Source: an uncultured delta proteobacterium (lineage in GTDB: Bacteria > Desulfobacterota > Binatia > DP-6). From it: DNA of 64,000 bases. Shown here one piece after another: positions 40,800 through 49,650 of this stretch. Under the pieces are notes generated by a model. That model did not search any database and was not told the DNA's origin. It worked only from the letters and a program-made list of their open reading frames with translations. The stretch is taken from contig CAWFFN010000005.1 in assembly GCA_963815115.1 (NCBI GenBank), positions 32,001 to 96,000 on the forward strand. Direction: 5' to 3'. The translations under genes and the position numbers were made by a program. Within the stretch, counting starts at the first letter, position 1. Every line of letters starts with the position of its first letter.

Positions 40800-42791
40800 T
40801 CAGGGCCGACCGTAGGGCGCGAAGGGGTGAGCGCGCGGAAAGCCGCGGGCCTCGGCGTCGGTGACCGGCCGCACCGCTCGCGTCTCGTCGAGCCAGATCC
40901 ACTCGTCGAACTGGTACGGCAGAGCGGCGTGGAAATAGTGGCTCTGCAGTTCCGTCTCGGGGCGGTAGACGACGCCGATGGCACGCTCCAGCCGCGGCGG
41001 GGCGAGCTCGTCACGAACCTCGGGGCGCGCGGGATCGCGGAGCGGCAGGAAGAAGGCCGGGACCTCCGCGTCGTGGCACAGGCGTTCGTAGCTCTCGGGG
41101 TGCGATGGACGGACCGGCATGACGTGCATCGGCCCGTCCCAGTCGTGCGCGGCGGCGACGGTGCCGTGGTCGGTGCCGAAGCCGACGAGGTATGCGCGAT
41201 CGCCGAACGCCTGCCGGCAGAGGTGGCCGACGTTCAGCTCGCCCCGCACGCCCATCTCGGTGGCCGCCGCATCGCCGAGGTGGGAGTTGTGCTCCCAGAG
41301 GACAGCCTTGGCATCCGGGCCGTGGAAGCGCAGCAGCCCCTCGAGCGTCTCGAACATGTGCCCGTCGCGGAGGTTCCAGGAGGCGCTCCCGCCATAGTAC
41401 ATGGTGCGGTAGTAGGCCTCGGCGTTCGCGACCACCCGCGCGTTGCCGACCGCGTCGAGGAAGTGCTCGCCATCGCGGGCGGCGTAGTCGATCTCGCGCG
41501 CCAGCATGTCGCGCAGCATGGCCACCACCTCGTCCTCGCAGGCGCGGTAGCGGCCGGTCACGACGGCCCGTCCGTAGGTCGCCGGATCGCCTTCCCACGG
41601 CATCAGCGCGCCGTAGCGCTCGCGGGCCACGCGGGCGGCGGTGGGATCGACGCGGTCGAGGTAGTCGAGCACGAGCCGGATCGAGCGATAGAGGCTGTAG
41701 AGGTCGAGGCCGTAGAATCCTATCGGCGCGTGCGTCGCGTTCCAGTCGCGCAGCCACTCGACGAAGGCGAGCACCTCGTGGTTGCGCCACATCCATTGCG
41801 GAAAGCGCGCGAAGGCCCGCCATTCCGGGACAGGCGCTCCGGGAAGCCCCCTCACGTAGCGCTGGATGCGAGCCGCATCCGGCCAGTCCGCCTCGGCTGC
41901 GACGATCGTGAAGCCGCGCGTGCGGACGAGGGCCTTGGTGATGTGGGCGCGGAGCGCGTAGAACTCGGAGGTGCCGTGCGTCGCCTCGCCCAGGCAGACG
42001 ACGCGGGCATCGCCGATGCGCTCGAGGAGCGCCCCGACGTCGACCTCGCCGGCGTCGCCGGCGATCGGCTCGGCCACCTCGTGGAGCAGGCGGGCGACGG
42101 TCGCCGGGGCGCTCGCTCTCCGCGGGCGGCCGGTCCACGCCTCCTCGTCCCATCCCTGCGCCCCGATCAGTGGAACGAATCGGACGTCGCCGAGATCCTC
42201 GCGCCGGAAGCTGCCGTCCGCCTGCCGCGTCACCCGGACGAGGGTCTGGAGGCTGCGGTCCTCCCCGATCGGGATCACGAGTCGGCCCCCGACGGCGAGT
42301 TGCCCGAGGAGCGCATCTGGGATGTCCGGTCCGCCCGCAGTGACGACGATGGCGTCGTACGGGGCGTGCGCGTCCCAGCCGAGCGTGCCGTCGCCGTGCA
42401 GAACGTGGACGTTGTCGAAGCCGAGCTCCCGCAGACGGGCCGCGGCTCTATCGGCCAGCTCGGCGTGGCGCTCGATGGTGTAGACCTCACGTGCGATGCG
42501 GCCGAGGATCGCGGCGGCGTAGCCCGAGCCCGTGCCTATCTCCAGCACCCGGTCGTTGGGTCCGAGCGCAAGGGCGGCAGTCATCAGCGCGACGATGTAG
42601 GGTTGAGAGATCGTCTGCCCGTGGGCGATCGGGAGCGGGGAGTCCTCGTAGGCGAACTCCGCGAGCTCGGACGGGAGGAACGCCTCGCGAGGGACCGATC
42701 GCATGGCCTCGAGGACGGCTGGGTCCCGGATGCCGCGAGCGGCGATGTGCCTGCGGACCATGTCGTCGCGTGCCGCGCGGAGATCGGACAT
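40800..42791 (-). CDS. pcm: Protein-L-isoaspartate O-methyltransferase fused to an erythromycin-esterase domain
   Basis: GQTISQPY, LEIGTGSGY, FVPLIG; then LGEATHGTSEFY, WNLRD, EHNSHLGD, ERAIGVVY. Confidence 0.92.
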   Translation of the reverse strand: MSDLRAARDDMVRRHIAARGIRDPAVLEAMRSVPREAFLPSELAEFAYEDSPLPIAHGQTISQPYIVALMTAALALGPNDRVLEIGTGSGYAAAILGRIAREVYTIERHAELADRAAARLRELGFDNVHVLHGDGTLGWDAHAPYDAIVVTAGGPDIPDALLGQLAVGGRLVIPIGEDRSLQTLVRVTRQADGSFRREDLGDVRFVPLIGAQGWDEEAWTGRPRRASAPATVARLLHEVAEPIAGDAGEVDVGALLERIGDARVVCLGEATHGTSEFYALRAHITKALVRTRGFTIVAAEADWPDAARIQRYVRGLPGAPVPEWRAFARFPQWMWRNHEVLAFVEWLRDWNATHAPIGFYGLDLYSLYRSIRLVLDYLDRVDPTAARVARERYGALMPWEGDPATYGRAVVTGRYRACEDEVVAMLRDMLAREIDYAARDGEHFLDAVGNARVVANAEAYYRTMYYGGSASWNLRDGHMFETLEGLLRFHGPDAKAVLWEHNSHLGDAAATEMGVRGELNVGHLCRQAFGDRAYLVGFGTDHGTVAAAHDWDGPMHVMPVRPSHPESYERLCHDAEVPAFFLPLRDPARPEVRDELAPPRLERAIGVVYRPETELQSHYFHAALPYQFDEWIWLDETRAVRPVTDAEARGFPRAHPFAPYGRP

Positions 42792-42803
42792 GTGGAAAGG
42801 CAA

Positions 42804-42819
42804 TGCAGGGGGCGTGCCA
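42804..42819 (-). promoter_or_regulatory. Sigma-54-like promoter upstream of pcm-ere
   Basis: TGGCAC-GCCCC-CTGCA. Confidence 0.6.
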
Positions 42820-43334
42820 GCGTGCGGCCGCAGGCATTCCCACACGCTCTTCGATCCGCCTCGCAGGGTCGGCAGCGCACGGCCCGGAACGTTCGCAGTC
42901 ATGCGAACCCGGCCGTCGATGATCGCGCCGGCATGCGGCGAGCCGAAATCGTGCTGGCTACACCAGCCCTTTGCGGCCTCCGGGAGGGCCAGGTAGCTCC
43001 GCCGCCCTCTTAGGCATGCCTGCCGTGCGTCGTAAGACGCCCCGCTAGCGCTGCAGCCTGCGCCATCGCTGGCTTAACCTTCTTGTGCCTGCGCCACCGC
43101 ACGCAGCGGGTGAGCACGGAAAACGGGGTGACGCCCGGAGTGCGGTAGCGGGCCGCCCAGGTCGGCCGGAATCCTTCGGAAGCCTGTCCGGCGCCCGTGG
43201 CGGGCGTCACGACCGTGATCTTCCTCGCCCAGGGGGGCAGAAGACCCTTGCCTCCGAGACCACGCGGGCGGTACAGGATCCGAGACGGGGACGGGCCCGT
43301 CCATTTGGAAATTGTCGGATGAGGCCGAGGGGCT

Positions 43335-43787
43335 ATGGGTGACTTAGTGCCGAGTGACAGGACGGACATCCACCGGGCTCTGGCTAGTGACCATGAGCGG
43401 TTGGAGCAGCTCTTCCGCGAGCTCGAGAACGCAGTGGAGGGTGCGGATCAGCCGACGATTCAGCGCGACTGGACCGATTTCGAGCGCGGAGTGCTCGCTC
43501 ACTTCGAAGCCGAGGAGCGGCTGATATTTCCGCTCCTGGAAACCGAGCACGCTCCCGAGGTCAAGCGAGCCAAAGAAGACCATGAGCGCGTGCGCGCACT
43601 GCTGGCCATCCTCGGCGTGCGCACGGATCTGCATTTGTTGCGCAAGGAGGTTGCTGACGAGCTCATCGCGCGCCTTCGCGAGCACGCGGAGTGGGAAGAT
43701 CGAACGCTCTATCCCTGGGCGCAAAGCAAGGCGAGCGAGGAAACGCGCCGCTTGCTCCGCGAGTCGCTCCTGGGCGAGAGGATTTGA
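43335..43787 (+). CDS. Hemerythrin/HHE cation-binding protein
   Basis: DHERL..HFEAEERLIFP..DH..HAEWEDRTLYP. Confidence 0.88.
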   Translation: MGDLVPSDRTDIHRALASDHERLEQLFRELENAVEGADQPTIQRDWTDFERGVLAHFEAEERLIFPLLETEHAPEVKRAKEDHERVRALLAILGVRTDLHLLRKEVADELIARLREHAEWEDRTLYPWAQSKASEETRRLLRESLLGERI

Positions 43788-43819
43788 GTTTACGCGCTAC
43801 GCTGCCGATCCGGTTCGCT

Positions 43820-44387
43820 CGTTACGGAACAGCGGCGGGCTGGTAGGCGCTTCACCGCGTTGACCTGCGCCGTCTCGAGGCGCACGAAATGCCGGCGGCG
43901 CGCCAGCGTCTCGCGCACGCGGGTGACCGCGGGCGGCGGCACGTGCACGACGGCGCGATAGATCCCGCGCCGCAGCCCGTCACGGAGCTCGAACGCATCC
44001 CGCCGGTCACTCTTCTGGGTGGGGCGGTGCGCCTTGAGCCGCACCTCGCGGGCATCGATCACGCTCGGGGCGCACCCCAGCGCCGTCAGCTCCCGCGCGA
44101 CGAAGAACGCCACGGTGCTGGTCTCAAGGGCGACGGGCGTGCCGGCCGGAAGGTGCTGAGCGTCGTACCAGCGCCGGAATCCCTCCGGCGTCGTCGGCAT
44201 CTCCCCCTGCGCCATCACCTGCCCGTGCCCGTCCTGGATCACGAACACGCTCGCCTTGCTGTGCGCGTCCAATCCCACGTAGCATTCCATCGGGCTGCCC
44301 TCCTGCTGTTTGGGGCGCCGTCTCGGCTGACCCCGTGGTCCACCGCGAACCGTATCGCGGCGGAGGGCAGCCCGTCTTCATTGCTAC
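43820..44387 (-). mobile_element. Truncated IS110-family element (N-terminal DEDD domain plus upstream non-coding end)
   Basis: YVGLDAH, VALE, KSDRRDA; stops after ~155 codons; 13-bp inverted repeat upstream. Confidence 0.88.
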
Positions 44388-44697
44388 GCCTATGTCCAGG
44401 CCGGCGACGTAGACGGCGGCGTGCCCGAGCCGCGCCCAGAAGAAGATCGTCGCGCCGAGGGCAGTCTGCGCGTTCGAGAGCCCGGCGGCGTGGGCGACCA
44501 GCACGAGCGCGGCGAAATGCGGCAGGTTCTCCAGCATGTTGGTCTGGCGCGCCGGGCGCGCTCGGCCCACGGCGACAGGGCCGGCAGCCGCCCCGCTCGG
44601 TTGCCGAGGATGTCGCCCAGGGGCTACGTCGCCCACATCGCGAGACCGTAGGGCAGGATCAGCAGGCGGCGAGCATGGTGAGATCCGTCGTCATCAT
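44388..44697 (-). pseudogene. MAPEG-family membrane protein, degraded and cut by IS110
   Basis: NMLENLPHFAALVLVA..GA.IFFWARLGHAAVYVAG; 5' part frameshifted. Confidence 0.75.
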
Positions 44698-45695
44698 CCG
44701 AGCGCTCCCGTCTCGATACCGGACGCGTGGAGCGCCGGCTCCATCTGCGCGAACGACAGCAGCTCGTCGACGCCGAACACGCCGCGCCGCACGGGCGCCG
44801 CGTGCGGGCGGGCCACCAGTGCGTCGGCGAAGGCGAGCGTCGTGGCGACGCTGCTCCGGTAGTCGCCGGCCCCGACCAGGCAACGCGACGCCACGACCTT
44901 CGCGCCGCGCCGAACGCTCACCCAGTGACAGGTCGGCTGCCGGCTCGGCTCGGCCGGTGGTGCGGTCCGCGGGAACGTGAACGCGCCGAGCGGCAGGCGG
45001 GATGCCAGGCCGATCGCGTTCAGCCCCAGCATGACGCGATTGACGATGCCGGGTCTGAACGACACCAGCACGCGCACCGCGCGTCCGCCGGCGACGTCGC
45101 GCGCGAGGCTCTCGCCGTCGGGCCCCGCCACGATCGCGCGGCACGCGCCGAAGGGCGGCGGCAGTCGGACGGCGGTGGTGCGATGCCGTCCCGACCCGGC
45201 GAGCAGCCGATGCACGATCGCCCGGCCGCTCGGCCCGGCGGCCTCGGCGATCGAGGCGAGGAAGCCGTAGTCGACGGTGTCCGCGTCGGGATGTTGCGCG
45301 AGCAGCTCGCTGAGCGCCAGCATCGCGACGCCGTAGAGGCCGGAGCGATCGACGACCAGGCCCGCCGGCTGCGATATGTCGTGCTTCAGGCGGGCGCGGG
45401 GCGTCGCCGGCAGGTCGTCGAGGTTCAAGAGCGTCGGCCCGGCGTCGAGGACCGCGCGCTCCGCGGTGAGGCCGGGATGGCGCACCGTGCTCAGCACGAG
45501 GTCGACCTCTGCGCAGGCGTCGCGAATCGTGTCGGGGCGATCGAGGTCGACGAGCCGGAAGTCGCCAGCCGGCTCCGGGCGCCGGCCGCCGCGCGTGACC
45601 CGCCAGCCGTGGCGCGAAAAGGCCGTGGCGAGGAAGCTGCCGAGGAAGCCCTGCGCGCCGATGACCAGAACGCTCCGCTGCGTGGGATCGGGCAT
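44694..45695 (-). CDS. NAD(P)-binding oxidoreductase (saccharopine dehydrogenase-like)
   Basis: N-terminal VLVIGAQGFLG Rossmann motif; C-terminal GVFGVDE. Confidence 0.7.
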   Translation of the reverse strand: MPDPTQRSVLVIGAQGFLGSFLATAFSRHGWRVTRGGRRPEPAGDFRLVDLDRPDTIRDACAEVDLVLSTVRHPGLTAERAVLDAGPTLLNLDDLPATPRARLKHDISQPAGLVVDRSGLYGVAMLALSELLAQHPDADTVDYGFLASIAEAAGPSGRAIVHRLLAGSGRHRTTAVRLPPPFGACRAIVAGPDGESLARDVAGGRAVRVLVSFRPGIVNRVMLGLNAIGLASRLPLGAFTFPRTAPPAEPSRQPTCHWVSVRRGAKVVASRCLVGAGDYRSSVATTLAFADALVARPHAAPVRRGVFGVDELLSFAQMEPALHASGIETGALG

Positions 45696-45721
45696 GATGA
45701 TGCCTCCCTTTGCCGCTGACG

Positions 45722-45753
45722 ATACGGTCGTATAGTCAACGATACGATCGTAT
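45722..45753. promoter_or_regulatory. Tandem palindromic operator (TetR-type)
   Basis: ATACGGTCGTAT and the perfect palindrome ATACGATCGTAT, 20 bp apart, between divergent genes. Confidence 0.7.
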
Positions 45754-45925
45754 GGCAAGAGGGTCGTCCGATCTCACGCCGCCGCCCGCCTCCGCGAGAC
45801 CGCGCTCGAGGGCGACGCCGCCGGCCTGGAGCTGTTCGAACGCTTCCTCGCGCTCGCCCGGGCGCAGCTCGACCGTCTGGTCGCCGCCGGTCTGCTCCGG
45901 CGCGGCGTCGACCGGGACTGGACGG
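45752..45925 (+). pseudogene. TetR-family regulator remnant lacking the HTH
   Basis: MARGSSDLTP is joined to LEGDAAGLELFERFLALARAQLDRLVAAGLLRRGVDRDW; divergent from the oxidoreductase. Confidence 0.5.
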
Positions 45926-45933
45926 CGCTCCCC

Positions 45934-46019
45934 GTTCCGGAAGGCGGCGGGCTGGTACACGGGAAGGACGCACGGATCGTACGCAAGAAGGGCAAATACC
46001 CCTTTCGTACCGCTTATCG
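45934..46019. repeat. ~85-bp non-coding repeat, copy 1 (copy 2 at 48914-49000)
   Basis: ggcggcgggctggtacacg..ggacgcacggatcgtacgcaagaagggcaaatac..ttcgt.ccgc.tatcg. Confidence 0.9.
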
Positions 46020-46142
46020 GCGATCGGCGGCGGGATGACGGCTGCCGGTGGCGTTTGGGGGCCAGGGCGGCGAGCGCCAGGACGCCGCCAGGATTCCGTA
46101 TCTGAGCACTAGGGAAGCACTAGGGACTCCCTTTCAAAGATG

Positions 46143-46174
46143 TCCCGGCGGCGGCCACGGGGCCGGCGCCGGGA
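46143..46174 (-). terminator. GC-rich hairpin downstream of the secreted protein gene
   Basis: tcccggcg..ggcc....ggcc..cgccggga imperfect stem, 20 bp after the stop; weak U-tract. Confidence 0.4.
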
Positions 46175-46192
46175 GTTCGTGCTACCCCGAAG

Positions 46193-48352
46193 CTATGGAA
46201 CGGTGACGAACTGTGCGTTGCCGGGTAGGCTGAGCGAGCCCGGTCCCGGCAGATCGGCGAGCCCGTCGAGTGCCAGGCTGCCGGTCGGTGGGATGCAGAA
46301 GTTGCTCACGAGCACCCCGGCGTGCGACAGGCCGTCGGTCAGATCGCCGGCCGGCGACCCGTTCTGCGTGATCGCCTGGGCCGTCGACTGGCCGAAGGCC
46401 CCGGCGTTCACCTGGCCCGAGCAGAAGAGCCCGTCCGCCGCTTGCGTGTTGGCCGGCGCCGAGGTGAGCGGATTGAGGCTCACCGGCAGCGTGGCCACGA
46501 AGGTGCCCGGGCTCGGCAGACAATCGAGCGACGTCTGCGTGCTGTTGTTGGTCGTGCACGGGAAGTTGACCTGGACGCCGTAGTTACAGACACCGCTGCC
46601 GTTGTCGCAAATCGGGCAGACGGTGGGCTGGCCCAGGGTCAGGTAGACGAGCGACGCCAGCTCGATGTCGACCGACGACTCGCCCGTGGCCAGGTTGAGC
46701 GTCCCGCTCGCGTTCTGCGCGAAGGTGTTGACCACGCAGCTCGAGGGGAAGCCGTTCACCAGAACCGGGGGGCCGAAGTAGCAGGGGAGGTCGGTCTGGC
46801 AGGCGCCCGGCGCGAAGCATCTACTGTCGCTGGTGCACTCGACGACCGGGTTGTTGACGCAGTGCTTGGCGGGGCCCTGCGGCGCCATGGAGCAGTCCGC
46901 CCGACTGGTTCCCAGGCTGCCCGCCAGCGTGGTGCCGTCCGGGCTGTCGAGAACCGTGGTGGCGTTCTCCGGGATGAGCGACGGGTTCACGGTCGCCGCG
47001 CCGCCGCCGATGTAGAGGCAGCCGAGCCCGAGGTCGACGAGCTTGGTGCCGACGAGGTCGGAGTCGAGCTGGCCCGAGAACGGCGGATCGGCCGGCGTGG
47101 AGAACCGGCCAGAGCCACAGTTGGCGGTCCCTGCCGCCGTGGTGAACGACAGGTGCTGGCCGAGCGGCGGCGGATTCGTGGTCGTGGTCGTGGTGCTGGT
47201 GGTCGTGTCGAGGGGGGTCGTCGTCGGCACGGTCACCGTGCGTGACAGCGTCGTCCCGACCGAGTCGATCTGCCCCTCCAGCGGCGCCAGCTGCGTCGGC
47301 GTCCCGCACACCTTGAGCGCACCGTTGAAGGACGACGCCGCCTTCTGGCCGCACGGCTCGCTGACCTGCACGCCCGACTTCGCCGCCTTCGAGAAGCACG
47401 TCGCGAAGCCCCGCGCCTTCTTGCCAATCGCGCCGAGCTGCTTGCCGAAGCAGATGTCCGGACCCGGTGCGCCGTTGGTCACCGTCTGGATGGCGGCTGC
47501 GAGCATGCTGTCGACGTCGGCCTCGACCGAGGCCGCGTCGGTGGCGGGGGTCAGGCAGTCACCCTTTGCCTGGGCCTTGGTGAAGCCCTTGTTGAAGTTG
47601 TCGACGGCCTTCTGGATGCAGGCGGGATCGACCGGGAGGCCCTTCTGCAGCGCCTTGGAGTAGCAGGCGGCCTCGGCCTTCGTCTTCTTGCCGGCGGCGT
47701 CCATCTGGCCCTGGGCGCACTTGCTCGCTGGCGATGCGGCCGGCGTGAAGGCGAGGTTGTCCATCGTGAAGATCTCGACGCCGTGGAAGAGGAATCCCGG
47801 CGGCCCGCAGGTATGCGTGCTGGTGATGATGACCTGCGACGCGCCGGGGGCCGCGAAGCTGAGCTGGACGGTGCCACCCGAGAGGGGCACCGGCGCGGTC
47901 ACACTGCCCACCGGCGTGGTGTCCGCGAAGCCCTGAACGGTCACTGCCATGGTGCCCGAGCAATCGATGCCACCCGTGCCGGTGTCGAACTGCATCGACG
48001 TGATGGGCGGATAGAAGTCGAGGAACTCGGGTGTCTGGGGAAGTCCGCCGTTCGACATCGGGAAGGCGCTGATGAAGACGATGAAGTTGGGCGGCGAGAT
48101 CTCGGGCAGGCCGATGCCCGTGCCGCTGCCGAGCAGCGCGCCGCCGTTCTGACCGAAGCCCGAGAAGATGACGCCCTGCGAGGCGAACTCGGTTGTGAGC
48201 GGCCCGGGGAGCGGGATCGAATCGGGGGCGGGGATGTTGTCGAAGTTGATGAAGGTCGCGGTGACCGGCGGCGGGATGATGGGATCCGCCGTCGCCCTCT
48301 GGGTCAGGACTGCGAGAGCCAGTAGGCCTACGAGCAAACTGCGCGTACGCAT
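46193..48352 (-). CDS. Secreted Cys/Thr-rich multidomain protein
   Basis: Signal peptide MRTRSLLVGLLALAVL, Cys-Ala-Lys helical repeats, poly-Thr linker, Cys-rich C-terminal domain; AAAGGAG RBS. Confidence 0.8.
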   Translation of the reverse strand: MRTRSLLVGLLALAVLTQRATADPIIPPPVTATFINFDNIPAPDSIPLPGPLTTEFASQGVIFSGFGQNGGALLGSGTGIGLPEISPPNFIVFISAFPMSNGGLPQTPEFLDFYPPITSMQFDTGTGGIDCSGTMAVTVQGFADTTPVGSVTAPVPLSGGTVQLSFAAPGASQVIITSTHTCGPPGFLFHGVEIFTMDNLAFTPAASPASKCAQGQMDAAGKKTKAEAACYSKALQKGLPVDPACIQKAVDNFNKGFTKAQAKGDCLTPATDAASVEADVDSMLAAAIQTVTNGAPGPDICFGKQLGAIGKKARGFATCFSKAAKSGVQVSEPCGQKAASSFNGALKVCGTPTQLAPLEGQIDSVGTTLSRTVTVPTTTPLDTTTSTTTTTTNPPPLGQHLSFTTAAGTANCGSGRFSTPADPPFSGQLDSDLVGTKLVDLGLGCLYIGGGAATVNPSLIPENATTVLDSPDGTTLAGSLGTSRADCSMAPQGPAKHCVNNPVVECTSDSRCFAPGACQTDLPCYFGPPVLVNGFPSSCVVNTFAQNASGTLNLATGESSVDIELASLVYLTLGQPTVCPICDNGSGVCNYGVQVNFPCTTNNSTQTSLDCLPSPGTFVATLPVSLNPLTSAPANTQAADGLFCSGQVNAGAFGQSTAQAITQNGSPAGDLTDGLSHAGVLVSNFCIPPTGSLALDGLADLPGPGSLSLPGNAQFVTVP

Positions 48353-48903
48353 CGGCAACTCCTTTCCGAGAGGTCCCGGCGCCGGCCACGCGCACCGGCG
48401 CCGAAGAACTGCGCGTTCCCGGGCAAGCTGAGCGAGCCGGGGCCCGGCAGGTCGGCCAGTCCGTCAAGGGCCAGGCTGCCGGTCCGCGGGATGCAGAAGT
48501 TGCTCACGAGCACCCCGGAGTGTGGCAGGCCATCGTTCAGATCACCCGCCGGCACGCCGTTCTGGACGATTGCCTGGGCCGCCCGCTGCCCGAAGGCTCC
48601 GGGGTTCGCCCGCGAGGAGCAGAAGAGACCATCCGCCGCCTGCGTGTTGAGCGTCGCCGAGGTGAGCGGATTGAGGCTCACCGGCAACGTGGCGACGAAG
48701 GTGCCCGGGTTCGGCATGCAATCGAGGGACGTCTGCGTGCCGTTGCTGGTGGTGCATGGCTGGCCCTGGTTGGCGCCGTAGTTGCAGAACCCGCCGTCGC
48801 AGATCGGACAGACGGTGGGGCTGGCCCAGGTCAGGTAGACGAACGACGAGAGCTCGATGTCGACCGAGGACTCGCCCGTGGCCAAGTTGAGCGTCCCGAT
48901 CAT
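48328..48903 (-). pseudogene. Truncated paralog of the C-terminal ~165 aa of the 46193-48352 protein
   Basis: GTLNLATGESSVDIEL..ATLPVSLNPLTSA..LVSNFCIP.TGSLALDGLADLPGPGSLSLPGNAQF is shared. Confidence 0.85.
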
Positions 48904-48913
48904 ACGCTGCGTC

Positions 48914-49000
48914 GTTCCAGAAGGGCGGCGGGCTGGTACACGTGCCGGACGCACGGATCGTACGCAAGAAGGGCAAATACACCCTTCGTGCCGCCTATCG
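48914..49000. repeat. ~85-bp non-coding repeat, copy 2
   Basis: Matches 45934-46019. Confidence 0.9.
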
Positions 49001-49289
49001 ACCCGTGCAGTGGCGACTTCCCGAAGAAAAGCCTTCACCTAAGCTCGGTCGGTAGCACAGGTCGGCGTCGTCTGCATTCGGCGTGAAGCCGGAGGCGGCA
49101 GCGTCTCGAACCACGGCGCTGGGGCTCCGCAGCGGGCCGCCAGCGCATGCCGGTGCGCAAGCTGTCCGAGCATCTGCATGTACGCTCTCCGATCGCGAGC
49201 GCCTGTCAAGGGCGTCAAGGCTCACAACGCGCTGGCGCTAAGCGAAAACCGCGGGCGGCGCGCCTGCTACCGGCAAGACTCTGGAGCCC

Positions 49290-49637
49290 TCACCCTGTTT
49301 CGTGCACGTGGATGACCTGTGCGAGGCCATCACGCGTGTCCTCGAGCGCGATCTGACCGGCACACCTACAACGTCGCGGAACCGGACCCCTGACGCTCGG
49401 CGGTGTCCTGCGCGATGGCGGCGAGGCTGGGCATCCGTCGCGTCTTCGTCCCGTTGCCGTTCGCACCCGTGCTCGCCGCCGTGCGTGCGCTGGGAAGGCC
49501 TGCGGGTGCCGTTTCCGCGGCGGTCGGAGAGCCTGCTCGGGCTGCAGGGACTGCGGCGCGTCCCCGTGGACGACGATCTCCACCGGCTCGGCCTCCGGAT
49601 GCGTCCCGCGGCGGAGAGCCTCGCCTCGGTGGAGTGA
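49290..49637 (+). pseudogene. NAD-dependent epimerase/dehydratase C-terminal remnant
   Basis: VHVDDLCEAI...TYNVA, with frameshifts and no Rossmann N-terminus. Confidence 0.65.
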
Positions 49638-49650
49638 CGCGCCGAGAGCG

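Noticed and set aside
40827-43013. 728-aa + ORF, and similar 500-720 aa ORFs at 28473, 49238 and 50143
   Set aside because: Shadows or alternative frames of pcm-ere, acsA and the glycosyltransferase in high-GC DNA.
47175-47210. Short tandem repeat or CRISPR-like array
   Set aside because: It is the poly-Thr linker coding sequence. No repeat-spacer array or cas gene was seen in the window.
48965-48995. c-di-GMP-I riboswitch suggested by GGGCAAA in the repeat
   Set aside because: The following GNRA-capped stem and GACGCAAA element are absent.
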